A stretch of 64,000 nt of DNA from a virus, in the IMG/VR virus record IMGVR_UViG_3300034107_000273, positions 43,957 to 107,956 of that record. One strand, given 5' to 3'. Position numbers and translations under genes: made by a program. How positions within the stretch are numbered: position 1 is the stretch's first letter; each line of letters opens with the position of its first letter. Shown piece by piece: positions 19,256 to 29,502 of the stretch. Under the pieces are notes generated by a model, which was given only the letters and a program-made list of their open reading frames with translations, had not been told where the DNA came from and did no database searches.

Positions 19256-19558
19256 ATGAATACAACACAACTAAAGGCACTACTTGCATCATATGGACGA
19301 TCAGTTCTTGCTTCAGGTCTTGCCCTATATATGGCAGGCGTTACAGATCCAAAGGATCTATGGACAGCACTAGTTGCTGCACTAGCACCAGTTGCAATTA
19401 GAGCAATCAACCCTAACGACAAGGCTTTTGGTATCTTGCCAGATGCTAGCGCCGTAGAAGAGGCTCTGAAGGCTGCTAAGGCACCTGCAAAGGCACCTGC
19501 AAAGAAGACTGCTAACCCAAAGGTTGCAACAAGAGCAGATAAGAAAGCTCCAAAGTAA
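19256..19558 (+). CDS. holin-like membrane protein with basic tail
   Basis: two TM segments, NPND motif, Lys/Ala tail, AGGAGG SD. Confidence 0.55.
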   Translation: MNTTQLKALLASYGRSVLASGLALYMAGVTDPKDLWTALVAALAPVAIRAINPNDKAFGILPDASAVEEALKAAKAPAKAPAKKTANPKVATRADKKAPK

Positions 19559-19574
19559 TTAATAAAAAATAGAG

Positions 19575-19604
19575 GGGCCAGTCTAGAAATAGGCTGGCCC
19601 TTTT
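19575..19604 (+). terminator. intrinsic terminator
   Basis: GGGCCAGTCTA-GAAA-TAGGCTGGCCC-TTTT. Confidence 0.8.
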
Positions 19605-19623
19605 ACTGCTATAATTAAAACAT

Positions 19624-20310
19624 ATGTCAAAAACAGCTCTCATAATGTGTACTTATATAAGGTTTGAAAACCTTAAAATGACTTTAGGATGCCTACAAAG
19701 GCAAACTAATCAAGACTTTGATTTTTATATAGTTGATAATTCTAATAGACATGATAAACTATTAGGGTATATTAAAAAATTTGGCAACGGAATTGATGTA
19801 ACTGTACATAACTACCAGAATGACTTTAAACAATTTGCTAGGTTCTTGTTAGCAAGAGAACTGGCTGAACAAGGATATGAAAAGATAATCTTTATTGATG
19901 ATGATGAGATTATTCCAGATACTTTTATACAAGAGTGTCATGATCAGTATGAAGAAAATTCTGTTAAAACATTTTGGGCTCATTTTGTAGATAGTATATA
20001 CAATAAAAAAATAAAATTAGAACATAACGAAATAGGAAACTATGCAGGAACAGGTGGTTTGATATGTCACTCAAGTTTATTTCTTAATGATGATTTTTTT
20101 GATTGCCCAGAGGATTACTGGATCATTGATGATCTTTGGTTATCTTTTTACATATTAAAACATACAAACCTTAAGATTAAAGAGCTTAAAACAAACATAC
20201 ATTTTATAAAAGACAACAAAGCAACATTTATGACTCTTGGTAACTTAAAGCAAAAATTTTCTGAAGAATTTATTATTCCAGTATCTAAGTCTTTAGGGCT
20301 AAAGATTTAA
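19624..20310 (+). CDS. GT-A (family 2-like) glycosyltransferase
   Basis: IVDNS and FIDDD (DxD) motifs. Confidence 0.8.
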   Translation: MSKTALIMCTYIRFENLKMTLGCLQRQTNQDFDFYIVDNSNRHDKLLGYIKKFGNGIDVTVHNYQNDFKQFARFLLARELAEQGYEKIIFIDDDEIIPDTFIQECHDQYEENSVKTFWAHFVDSIYNKKIKLEHNEIGNYAGTGGLICHSSLFLNDDFFDCPEDYWIIDDLWLSFYILKHTNLKIKELKTNIHFIKDNKATFMTLGNLKQKFSEEFIIPVSKSLGLKI

Positions 20311-21333
20311 TAAGTCTTGATATTTTTGATATAAAACTTCATTAGAAAAATTATTAAATCCTATATCAAAAGCCTTAGATTTAGCGGTAGAGATATCACT
20401 ATCATAGTAATGATCAATTAAACTAGCAAGCATCTTAGCATCACCCTCATATACATCAAGCATTGTACGAGTCATTAGCCTATCAGTCTTTACAGAATCT
20501 ACAAGCCATTCTTTTGGAAGTATACTGTTGTTGGGAGATACATTGGTCATAAAAACGGGTAGAGAGGCCAATAGAGCTTCGTTCATAGGCAAACACAACC
20601 CTGCATATCTTCTAGGCAAGATCATAGCGTCATAGCCCTCATATAGGCTTTCTCGTGAGTCTGGACTAGAGGTATCAATAGTCAGTCTTGGATCATCGCA
20701 GGGTATGTCCAAAGGTGTCTGACTCTTAATAACAAGTTCATAATCAGCATTAGAATATTTAAGCATTTCAACTACTGTATTTGTACCATTTCTGTCCTTT
20801 ACCGCAGCCTTTCCACCAATATGTAGTATTTTTTTATGTGTCTTAGATGTGTTAATCTTATTTGCATTAGCAAACAATTCTACTCTTGTTGGAGGGGGAA
20901 GATGAACAACCATTGATCTATCGCTAAATTTTGTTACAACATCTTCAAAGTTCCAGAGACTAGGGGAAACTAAAATATCTGGTAGTTCAACATCTGGGTT
21001 TACTAAATAATCTAAAAACTCATAGTTATATTGAAGAATAGTTTTAACTTTTCTTTTCTTAGCCATATTGACAAAAGAGCTATGATAAAAGATTTCACAA
21101 CTAATTACTACATCTAAATCATCTAAGAATTCATATACTTCTTCTCTAGAAGCCATGCCACGCTTAGTAGTTGTAACATTATATCCTGAGTACCATTCTG
21201 GATGTTGTTTATTTCCATTGAAGTGTGATGAATCAATAAGAAGGATCTTACTAGGATTAAGCATCTTAACTAATTCCATAGTTTGATTACCTAAACCAGT
21301 GTTATCAGATCTTGCGATGATTCCTAATCTCAT
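20299..21333 (-). CDS. GT-B (family 4-like) glycosyltransferase
   Basis: PRRYAGLCLPMNEALLASLPV motif. Confidence 0.8.
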   Translation of the reverse strand: MRLGIIARSDNTGLGNQTMELVKMLNPSKILLIDSSHFNGNKQHPEWYSGYNVTTTKRGMASREEVYEFLDDLDVVISCEIFYHSSFVNMAKKRKVKTILQYNYEFLDYLVNPDVELPDILVSPSLWNFEDVVTKFSDRSMVVHLPPPTRVELFANANKINTSKTHKKILHIGGKAAVKDRNGTNTVVEMLKYSNADYELVIKSQTPLDIPCDDPRLTIDTSSPDSRESLYEGYDAMILPRRYAGLCLPMNEALLASLPVFMTNVSPNNSILPKEWLVDSVKTDRLMTRTMLDVYEGDAKMLASLIDHYYDSDISTAKSKAFDIGFNNFSNEVLYQKYQDLLNL

Positions 21334-21995
21334 AAGTCCATCTCTCTATAAAGCTGTCTTAATCCTTTTAGTGTTCCAATATCCATATATTTACCTCCAG
21401 GCTTTACTGCCATTATATTTCTACCGTCTAATATCCAGTCCTTGATTTGTTTTCCAGGATGCTCTAGTGTTGGATCTAAATATCTAATCATGTTTTTTCT
21501 AAACATCATAGTGCCCCACATGTCTGGATAATCACAATCTTCTACTTTATCTTCAGAGCCAATTACTTTATCTCCAGAAACTAAAACCTGTCCAACACGA
21601 CCTTTTATATCATTACTGCACTCCCAAACACCTAGAACTAAATCAGCATTTGTTTCTTTCATCATTGCTTTATAAATATTTACTGGTGAATTCAAGATAT
21701 AAGTATCTGGCATACCAACAAGAACGGTATCATTTTGCTCACCAACCATAAACTTTACGGCATCTGACATTGTTGACGGTTCACGAACAATTAACTTAAC
21801 ATTCATATCCATGTTTTGTATAATAGGAACCCATTCAGCCCTAGTTGATATACGAACTTCATCACATACTTCTAACATTTGTTCTACATGCCATTGAAGC
21901 AAAGATCTTTCATCAGATATAGGCAAACAAAACTTTGGTATACCGCCAATTCTAGATGCTTTTCCAGATGCTGGTAAAATTCCTATTGTTTGCAT
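21330..21995 (-). CDS. sugar-phosphate nucleotidyltransferase
   Basis: ILPASGKASRIGGIPKFCLP and YMDIGT motifs. Confidence 0.85.
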   Translation of the reverse strand: MQTIGILPASGKASRIGGIPKFCLPISDERSLLQWHVEQMLEVCDEVRISTRAEWVPIIQNMDMNVKLIVREPSTMSDAVKFMVGEQNDTVLVGMPDTYILNSPVNIYKAMMKETNADLVLGVWECSNDIKGRVGQVLVSGDKVIGSEDKVEDCDYPDMWGTMMFRKNMIRYLDPTLEHPGKQIKDWILDGRNIMAVKPGGKYMDIGTLKGLRQLYREMDL

Positions 21996-22783
21996 TAGAT
22001 TAACCCATAGTTTTTCTTTAAAGTTTCTATACTATTTACTGGCCAATAATCTAAAGATTTTGTAGGATCATTGAATGGATACTTATATTCGCCCCATCCT
22101 TCTCTTGTTCTATCTCCGCCCCACTTAGACTTAAAGTAATCATGAAGAGGTTCAATATTAATTCTTAGTCCGTCTATTGTTGCACCGCCGTCTATTTGAC
22201 ATGTTACATCAACTTCTGCAGCAGGGGCGTTTATTCTCATTACATAACTTATAGGTGTGTTAGAATGTACAAACTGACTACGCCAAGAAACTTCAACATC
22301 CGAATTAGGATTGCTCATAACTTGTTCTTCAAGTATTCTGCACCTTTGATCCCAGTCACAATCATCAAAATTGTAAGGATAAAAGTTTTCATCAAAGTAT
22401 CCAATTGCTGCAACCAGCTTTTTATTTATTCCAGCTAAATGCCATCCATGCTGTGTCCTAAACATTAGACCATTAAATCCATCAAGCATATCAACTATAT
22501 GAGAAAAAGGTTTATTAAATAACATTGAAGACGAAACAAAAAAGGTCCAGTCATGGTTCTTTTTTAATCCTATGTTCCATGCTCTTGCCAAACCAATATT
22601 CTCTGATTGATACTCTACTTGAAAGCCATATTTTTTTTCAAATACTTCACACTCTCTATTACCGCTATTATCTATAAGTAAAACATTTTTATCTCGTATA
22701 GATTCCATGCAGTTGTATATTCTTTCTGTTACTCTATAAATAGGTATACAAATTAAGTAGTCAATCTTAGTATCTGTTTCCAT
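21995..22783 (-). CDS. GT2-like glycosyltransferase
   Basis: LIDNS, NIGLARAWN and GYFDENF motifs. Confidence 0.8.
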   Translation of the reverse strand: METDTKIDYLICIPIYRVTERIYNCMESIRDKNVLLIDNSGNRECEVFEKKYGFQVEYQSENIGLARAWNIGLKKNHDWTFFVSSSMLFNKPFSHIVDMLDGFNGLMFRTQHGWHLAGINKKLVAAIGYFDENFYPYNFDDCDWDQRCRILEEQVMSNPNSDVEVSWRSQFVHSNTPISYVMRINAPAAEVDVTCQIDGGATIDGLRINIEPLHDYFKSKWGGDRTREGWGEYKYPFNDPTKSLDYWPVNSIETLKKNYGLI

Positions 22784-23465
22784 AAATATAACCTCCTCGT
22801 TCTGGGCTGCCTAAAATTTCTAATCCAAATTGCTTAGATAGCTTTTCAACCATAATTCCAAATCTGCCGTCAAAAGATTTATCAAACTCAAGCGTAATAT
22901 ATTTAATCTTTGCAAGTGTTTCAGGTGGCGTATTAATGATAAGATCAAACTCAGCACCTTCAATGTCTATTTTTACAACATCTATTTCATCAATACCATA
23001 TAGGTCAATAAAGTCTTGAATGGTTATTGCTAAAACTTCTACAGATTCATCATTTGTTTCATTAATAATGCTGCTATTTCCGCCTTTATTGGTAATAAGA
23101 ACAGTCTTTTGTTCATGCCAGATAGCATTATTTATAACTGTAATATTTTCTGTTGGATTGTTTTTAATATTTTCTTTTAGTAATAAAAGATTGTTAGGCT
23201 CTGGTTCAACAGAGTAAACCTTTATTTTGTTATATTCATCTCTAACTTTGTTAAAGTTATCTACATATAAGCTAACGGACCCAATATTTGCTCCAATATC
23301 AAGAAAAACTGCATTGTCTTTAAATTGATACTCATGTATTCTATAAACATTTTCATTCCATGTTTCATCAATTACCTTATAGTCTAAGTTATGATCATTG
23401 CTTGGATCATCAAGAAAACTTCTAATTTCAAATGAGTAGTTTTCATTTATTGTTTTATAATTCAT
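22767..23465 (-). CDS. FkbM-family methyltransferase
   Basis: LDIGANIG, VEPEP and KIDIEGAE motifs. Confidence 0.9.
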   Translation of the reverse strand: MNYKTINENYSFEIRSFLDDPSNDHNLDYKVIDETWNENVYRIHEYQFKDNAVFLDIGANIGSVSLYVDNFNKVRDEYNKIKVYSVEPEPNNLLLLKENIKNNPTENITVINNAIWHEQKTVLITNKGGNSSIINETNDESVEVLAITIQDFIDLYGIDEIDVVKIDIEGAEFDLIINTPPETLAKIKYITLEFDKSFDGRFGIMVEKLSKQFGLEILGSPERGGYIYGNRY

Positions 23466-24415
23466 ATTCCTAGATCCTCTAGTATTTTTTGCCATCTATG
23501 TTTATAAGTATAATTACTCTTAACCAAACTATGCCCTGCTAATCTAATCTTTTCACGTTCATCATCATTCTCAATGTAGTAATCAATTAATTGTTGAAGT
23601 TGTTCAAAATTATTATATTCATAAAAAACAACATGCTCTCTATCAGTAAATTCTTTTTCAAGTCCAGGTACGTATGGGTGTATTAAGAATCCTCCGCGAC
23701 CAAGAGTTTCATAAATTCTATCTGACCAATAGTCAGGGTAATTAAAATCAATACATAAAGTATCACCAACCACTACCTTGGTAGACCAATAAAGTTTATT
23801 TAGATCTAGCCCTCTTATTGATCTAACTCCACCATTTCCATAATGCTCAAATCTATTTCCATATGTTTTGTCTAGCCAATCAATTAATTTTGGACGGTAA
23901 GGCCATTCAGAATGATACTTTTTACTACCAACAAATAGAACATCATGCTTTTTGGTAACATCCCTAATAGTACATTCAGGACCAAATACACCAGCAGGCA
24001 AGTAGTGGCCTTTAACTTCAGTCTTTTCGTTAAACCAGTTTGCCATCTGACTATCAACAGTAAAGAAATGATCAATCATTTTGTATACAGGAAATGACTC
24101 AAGATCTTTTTGTCTTTGAAGCCCAAACCATAAATCAAGATGGTATGTCATGCTTGGAATAGATAAAGTTTTTAATGTTTGAAGAAGTTTTTCCATGCTG
24201 ATCTTGCCTTGTGTTTCCCAGCCATGTGTGTGTATCCAAATAAACAGATCGCTACTTACGCATGCAGCTAAAATATCTTCTGATCTAGCCTCAGACTCTT
24301 GCATTCTTATTACATTATGTCCAAGTTCCTCTAAAGATTTTGCATGGTGAGATTCGCTTGTGTAGTCAACACGAAAGTTACCTAAAAAAACTATATTTGA
24401 CAACGATTCCCCCAT
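23462..24415 (-). CDS. glycosyltransferase (CgeB/Glyco_trans_1_2-like)
   Basis: DVLFVGS, SDRIYETLGRGGFLI and TYKHRW motifs; exact start uncertain. Confidence 0.8.
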   Translation of the reverse strand: MGESLSNIVFLGNFRVDYTSESHHAKSLEELGHNVIRMQESEARSEDILAACVSSDLFIWIHTHGWETQGKISMEKLLQTLKTLSIPSMTYHLDLWFGLQRQKDLESFPVYKMIDHFFTVDSQMANWFNEKTEVKGHYLPAGVFGPECTIRDVTKKHDVLFVGSKKYHSEWPYRPKLIDWLDKTYGNRFEHYGNGGVRSIRGLDLNKLYWSTKVVVGDTLCIDFNYPDYWSDRIYETLGRGGFLIHPYVPGLEKEFTDREHVVFYEYNNFEQLQQLIDYYIENDDEREKIRLAGHSLVKSNYTYKHRWQKILEDLGI

Positions 24416-24445
24416 TTTATTATAAAACAATTGTATCATGCTTTG

Positions 24446-24518
24446 TACCCCTGGCAGGAATTGAACCTGCGACACCAGGCTTAGAAGTCCTGTGTTCTAT
24501 CCACTGAACTACAGAGGT
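24446..24518 (-). tRNA. tRNA-Arg(TCT)
   Basis: cloverleaf, anticodon loop CTTCTAA, GGTTCAATTCC T-arm. Confidence 0.9.
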
Positions 24519-24519
24519 T

Positions 24520-24595
24520 TGGAGCGAAAGACGAGATTTGAACTCGCAACATCTACCTTGGCAAGGTAGTACTCTACCAATTGAGTTACTTCCGC
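24520..24595 (-). tRNA. tRNA-Gly(GCC)
   Basis: cloverleaf, loop TTGCCAA, encoded CCA. Confidence 0.92.
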
Positions 24596-24599
24596 ATTG

Positions 24600-24672
24600 C
24601 TGGTCTGACAGGCTACGATCCTGTGACATCCGAATTAACAGTTCGGCGCTCTACCAACTGAGCTACAGACCA
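24600..24672 (-). tRNA. tRNA-Asn(GTT)
   Basis: cloverleaf, loop CTGTTAA, atypical T-loop ATCGTAG. Confidence 0.85.
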
Positions 24673-24676
24673 CTAG

Positions 24677-24750
24677 TGCACCAGGTAGGACTTGAACCTA
24701 CGACGACCAAATTATGAGTTTGGGGCTCTAACCAACTGAGCTACTGGAGC
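24677..24750 (-). tRNA. tRNA with CAT anticodon (Met or Ile2)
   Basis: cloverleaf, loop CTCATAA; lacks the three G-C anticodon-stem pairs of initiator tRNAs. Confidence 0.85.
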
Positions 24751-24860
24751 TAATACCATTTATTCTTTATCTTGTTTAATACCAATAGTCATTACAAGAT
24801 ATGATAGTCCATACCCTGAAAAGAATGCTATTAATCCAAATACAAGTGCTTCTGCTGTAT

Positions 24861-25094
24861 TCATTTGTTTTCCTTTTCTAATTCTATTTCATCTCTACGC
24901 CAATGTAAAAATGATTTAATATAAACTATGGCATAAGCAATTGCAGAAAAAATAAAACCATATTGTTTTGTAATTACTGCATAAGTTATCCAAAGAATTT
25001 CATTAAAGCAAAGTACAACCCATCCCCATATAGTCTTGCGACCTACAAAGTAAATTCCTGCTACGCCTATTACTGCTAATACCCAAGACCACAT
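24861..25094 (-). CDS. PnuC-like small membrane protein
   Basis: three TM segments, GRKTIWGW pattern. Confidence 0.5.
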   Translation of the reverse strand: MWSWVLAVIGVAGIYFVGRKTIWGWVVLCFNEILWITYAVITKQYGFIFSAIAYAIVYIKSFLHWRRDEIELEKENK

Positions 25095-25215
25095 TTATGC
25101 ACCAATGGTTGGCATTATTTTATCACATGGGCACATGATAGATTCAGCTAAATCACCCTTAGCTTCAATAGTAATCTTTGTCCCGCACTCTGGATCTTCA
25201 CATACATATATACGC

Positions 25216-25452
25216 TTATTCATTATTTTCCCTTACTTTTTCGTTTTGTCCTCTTGCAATTGCTGCACACACTTTAAATGCAGCCTTAGTTCTACGACTT
25301 TTCATAAAGCCTAAACCGTCCCATACTGGTACAGTAGCCTCAATATCAAGAGCAATCTGCTCTCTAATCTCTTTAACAGTTGTAATGATAAGATCCATTA
25401 CATAAGCTTTTTGTTCATCATCTAAGTCTTTAGTCCATCCATTTGTTTCCAT
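25216..25452 (-). CDS. hypothetical protein
   Basis: ORF in minus-strand run. Confidence 0.55.
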   Translation of the reverse strand: METNGWTKDLDDEQKAYVMDLIITTVKEIREQIALDIEATVPVWDGLGFMKSRRTKAAFKVCAAIARGQNEKVRENNE

Positions 25453-25506
25453 ATGTTAATCATACCAGAAACTCAGCGGTATTGCAAGTGTGGTATGATT
25501 ATATTA

Positions 25507-25670
25507 TGTATGAATGCGATCACTGGTTAATACCAATAGTATACGGATATATGTATGGGGAAATCATTGATAAGGTAGATAACAATGAGGTTGTTTATGG
25601 TGGTGCTAGAAAAATTGCAGGCTCACCTGAATGGTTTTGCAATAGATGCTTGGAAGATATTGATCTTTAA
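25507..25670 (+). CDS. small Zn-ribbon-like protein
   Basis: CDH..IPIVYG...WFCNRC; leaderless promoter upstream; start approximate. Confidence 0.45.
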
Positions 25671-25868
25671 TTATTGTCTATGCCTTTTCTTATTTCCAAA
25701 TTTAGCTTTAACCTCAGCCTTAGCCTGATTTACAATTGCGTTCGTAATGTCTTCAACATTAAACTCTTTCTCATTATCCATTAGTCAATCCTATCTAAAT
25801 CTTCAAAGCTATTAACACCATACAGATTAATTATTTCTTCAACAGTAAATTCTAGGTCAAATTGTTTT

Positions 25869-26075
25869 TCAGTATCCATTTAGGCACTCATTTCTCGTGT
25901 GATACAGTCTAATCTTTGTCATAATTTTGCGGGATGGGGCAGAGATATCCTCTTTACAAGTTAAACATCTATAAGACCATTCACCAGTAAAGAAATCATG
26001 TATGTATCCTTTGGCATTGGCATACTTCTTGAATACAAAGGTTTGAAAAGGATCTGGGATTTCTAGGTTAATCAT
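25869..26075 (-). CDS. hypothetical protein
   Basis: CxxC...H...C pattern. Confidence 0.55.
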   Translation of the reverse strand: MINLEIPDPFQTFVFKKYANAKGYIHDFFTGEWSYRCLTCKEDISAPSRKIMTKIRLYHTRNECLNGY

Positions 26076-26219
26076 AGTTTTCTTACAAGATCAGCAGCCA
26101 TTTTAAGACCTTTAACTACACCATCATGATAGTCTTGATTCTTAATTATTCTAGCCCTATCCCATACATCATAAGACTCTTGATCTAGTCTATCTGCTAT
26201 TTCTATTTTTAACATCATT

Positions 26220-26501
26220 TCATCTAAGCTCATCTTGATCCCATTTCTCTGTATTAATTGTATAGTATGTTCCCCACTTTTCATAGGGTTTATTAAGATA
26301 CTTCCACATTTTTGCATGGTACTTATAAGCCAAACCATTCTTGCCATCTTCATCATAATCAAAACATTTAACTAAATGATTACCAGCATATCCTCCAAGA
26401 AAGTTGCCAAGCCATCTAAGAGGAAGTATCTTTGTTCTGTTTATCTTCTGTGACATTCTGAGGAACCCATCTGAGTTTTCCATCTTTATACTCTCTTTCA
26501 T
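26220..26501 (-). CDS. hypothetical protein
   Basis: ORF in minus-strand run. Confidence 0.55.
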   Translation of the reverse strand: MKESIKMENSDGFLRMSQKINRTKILPLRWLGNFLGGYAGNHLVKCFDYDEDGKNGLAYKYHAKMWKYLNKPYEKWGTYYTINTEKWDQDELR

Positions 26502-26622
26502 ATCCTAAAGCTTTCCAGTCCATCTGCATAATACGTGGTTCTTTCATATATTAAGTATACTAAAACAATATAGATATGTCAAGCCTGAAAATACATCTCT
26601 ATAGATGCTGGAAGTGCCCCAA

Positions 26623-27288
26623 CTACAGCCACTCTTGTTCTCTTCTTACATCTATATTCCATAAACCGTCTATAGCAAAGTCTTGTGATTTTTTAAGATC
26701 ATAATATTTTTTATTTTTATGAAAGGTTTCAGCATATCTATTAAGCAATTCTGAATCACTTTGAATGGTTTGTGATGGTCCAGATGGGGCAACAACTTCA
26801 ACTGCACGATTATGAAATGTTAATACTTGAGGGTTATCTTGTTTTGCTATGCGAAAAAATCTTTCTTGATAGTCATCATCTTCACCTGTATATGGGTAAA
26901 AATGCTCATCAAATAAGCCAACTTTTCTAACTATATTTTCTCCAATAGAAAAACAACTAAATCCTTCACTTGAACCTATTATATTTGATTCACCGCTAAC
27001 TTCATAAAACTTTTCTAAAGATCCTGGTAGCCAATGTGTATCCGCAGAAGAAAATAGCCAGTATTTTTCATGAGGATAAAGCTTAATAGTTAAGTTCCAC
27101 GATCCAGACATTCCTAAATTAGATGGAAGGTTAAGTACCCTAACATTTAAATCTTTTCTCTTAGGTTCGTAATCTTCTTTTCCATTATTGATAATCAATA
27201 TTTCTTTAATTGGAAAGTCTATTAGGTTTAAATTTTCATCTAATAGGTCATATCTGTTTAAAACTGGTATTGATAAAACTGGTATCAT
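26623..27288 (-). CDS. GT2-like glycosyltransferase (paralog of 21995-22783)
   Basis: IINNG, NLGMSGSWN and GLFDEHFYP motifs. Confidence 0.8.
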   Translation of the reverse strand: MIPVLSIPVLNRYDLLDENLNLIDFPIKEILIINNGKEDYEPKRKDLNVRVLNLPSNLGMSGSWNLTIKLYPHEKYWLFSSADTHWLPGSLEKFYEVSGESNIIGSSEGFSCFSIGENIVRKVGLFDEHFYPYTGEDDDYQERFFRIAKQDNPQVLTFHNRAVEVVAPSGPSQTIQSDSELLNRYAETFHKNKKYYDLKKSQDFAIDGLWNIDVRREQEWL

Positions 27289-27575
27289 TATGAGGATAAG
27301 CCCATTTTTAAATGATGGTCGCATACGTCTGCAATGATATACTCTTCGTTATCTAGTATTACATCAAAGTACTTGGCATCTTTCTCGCAGTACACGCATT
27401 TTCCTGATTTCATATATCTATCATATCATATCTGGTTTTAAGTTCGGCGACGATATAGAGGTATCAAACCTTACATGCTCCAAAGGAGCACTATTGGTTA
27501 GCATCCACATCTTTGTCCCATATTATTAAACACTTTGTACAGGTAATACCTGCATCCCTCATATACCAAGTATGC

Positions 27576-27782
27576 TTACACATTCCTGTATTTCCAATTT
27601 AGCAGGGTATATATGAATTCACCGTACCACTTATGAGAACAACGCTTAATCCCATTCATACCATAATGATCCATCATAAATAAAGTTAGCTTTGTTTTGC
27701 TTTTGGTTCTAATGAACTTACCACAATCAATACATGCCTGAAAAATGTGCATAGGAAGTGGCTTATCGTAATCTACTTTCAC
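27576..27782 (-). CDS. hypothetical protein
   Basis: CxxC-containing ORF coupled to neighbour. Confidence 0.5.
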   Translation of the reverse strand: MKVDYDKPLPMHIFQACIDCGKFIRTKSKTKLTLFMMDHYGMNGIKRCSHKWYGEFIYTLLNWKYRNV

Positions 27783-27997
27783 ATTAACTCCTTTTCAATA
27801 GCCCTAATAGTTGGACAAGGATATGACCATTCATCGCATTCCATACAATTTGTTCCCCATGAACCGTCAGGTAAAGTTATTTCCTGTGGCTTATGTAATT
27901 CTAGGACAGAACGTATAACTATATATGGATGGTTTAGGGTTCTACTATTCATATAGGTTTGGCTTTTTGTAGCCTCTAATAATTCATCATGTGTCAT
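27779..27997 (-). CDS. hypothetical Zn-binding protein
   Basis: LHKP...CMEC...YPCPTI motif. Confidence 0.65.
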   Translation of the reverse strand: MTHDELLEATKSQTYMNSRTLNHPYIVIRSVLELHKPQEITLPDGSWGTNCMECDEWSYPCPTIRAIEKELM

Positions 27998-28134
27998 TTA
28001 GTACACCAGATCCTTCCATCACTCATGGTTTGATGAGTCTCCCAAAATAGGGGATCTTTATGGCTCATCTCACATTTTTGACATTCGTTTTTCTTCATAA
28101 AACAAGCATACCCTATTTTGGAGGGGAAGTCAAA

Positions 28135-28365
28135 TTAAGGATATCCACCATTCCAGATGACATCCCAAGAGATTGTATTATAATATAGAGCATCTACTGG
28201 AGTGCCATTTGCGTCATAGAAACCACCATCAACATAGGTAAATGGCTCAATATATGTATTATCATATACTTGGATAGGAGCAATCTTAGCTTTCACAATG
28301 ACAACATGTGGATCAAAGTAAGATTCTATATTTGGTTTTTGTTGCTTAGATATTATTGTGAGCAT
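28135..28365 (-). CDS. hypothetical virion-associated protein
   Basis: coupled to upstream gene; DGG/NGGYP motifs like 60938-61399. Confidence 0.5.
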   Translation of the reverse strand: MLTIISKQQKPNIESYFDPHVVIVKAKIAPIQVYDNTYIEPFTYVDGGFYDANGTPVDALYYNTISWDVIWNGGYP

Positions 28366-29276
28366 TATACTGCTCCAGATACATCATCCGTTACGTTTAA
28401 CATTCCTGTTAGAACTGTATACACTTTATCTGGTGTTTCGCTTTGAGTTAAAAATATTGGAGTTCCACCTGTTGCTGGGTTTCTCCATGTAGAAAAAGTA
28501 TATCCTGATCTTGTAACTATAGGAGCTGTATGTAAAAGACCAATGTCCTTGGTTGTTGAAGTTCCTCCTGTGCCACCATTTGCATCCCAAGTAACCCTGT
28601 ATTGTCCAGCTGGGATAGGTGTTGGTGCATCTGCAGCAGCAACTGCTGAAGTAGCCGAAGAGGTAGCAGTAGCATTGTCTCCAACACCATTACTTGCTGT
28701 AATAACAACTGTAATAGCCTTAGTTAAATCTCCTGAGACAATGGTGTATGTAGGAGAGTTAGTTCCAACGTTACTTCCAGCAGCTTTCCATTGATAAGAT
28801 AGGGTTGGTGTTGGAGAACCAGTAAGTCCAGTTGTACCAGCTGTCAATACTTGTCCTACTTTAGCTGTTCCAGTAATTGTTGCTGTTGAGATTGCAGGAG
28901 CGATGTCAGGTAGAACATCAGCTGTTCCTCCTGTTGCTAGAGGTACAGCATTCCATTGAGCATAAAATGTTATATTCTTATCTGGAGTATAGGTGGTTCC
29001 AGAATCTATTATTTGAACATCATAAAAATAATTACCAGCTGATAAATTTCTTCCAATGTTAGATGGAATTTTGCAAGATATACTAGACAAACCTACCTTT
29101 TGAGCAGTTCCTGTATATTGGGTAGCACCTGCTCCTCTGAAGTTAGCAATCTTAAATGTGTAGGTTTCAAACCCAGAAAGATCAAAGTCACTTCCATCTT
29201 GGTTCTTTACATCAATGCTGAATTCAAATGTATCTCCACGGTAGTACTCAAGGTTGTGAGTTTTTGGGAATGCCAT
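28365..29276 (-). CDS. BppU-N-like virion protein with inserted Ig-like/InlB-B-repeat segment
   Basis: YYRGDT...YFYDVQI...YTVLTG..V scaffold; insert contains AKVGQVLT..YQW and WDANGG..GYTF..W. Confidence 0.6.
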   Translation of the reverse strand: MAFPKTHNLEYYRGDTFEFSIDVKNQDGSDFDLSGFETYTFKIANFRGAGATQYTGTAQKVGLSSISCKIPSNIGRNLSAGNYFYDVQIIDSGTTYTPDKNITFYAQWNAVPLATGGTADVLPDIAPAISTATITGTAKVGQVLTAGTTGLTGSPTPTLSYQWKAAGSNVGTNSPTYTIVSGDLTKAITVVITASNGVGDNATATSSATSAVAAADAPTPIPAGQYRVTWDANGGTGGTSTTKDIGLLHTAPIVTRSGYTFSTWRNPATGGTPIFLTQSETPDKVYTVLTGMLNVTDDVSGAV

Positions 29277-29502
29277 AGTATGTGCCTCTTTTCTTAATTT
29301 ATTATATCATGGTTTAAGTATTTGAAAATTTCGGGGAATATAAATTGATCCTCATAATCCCTATAGTAAATACACTATATCCCCATATGCCCAATAGCCA
29401 AAGAGACGTACCGTTTTTTATAGATCGTAGCCTTTTATATACTCACATTTGTCACATTTTGAGATAATAAAGCTACCCTTGATATAAAGGTTTATAGAGT
29501 GA

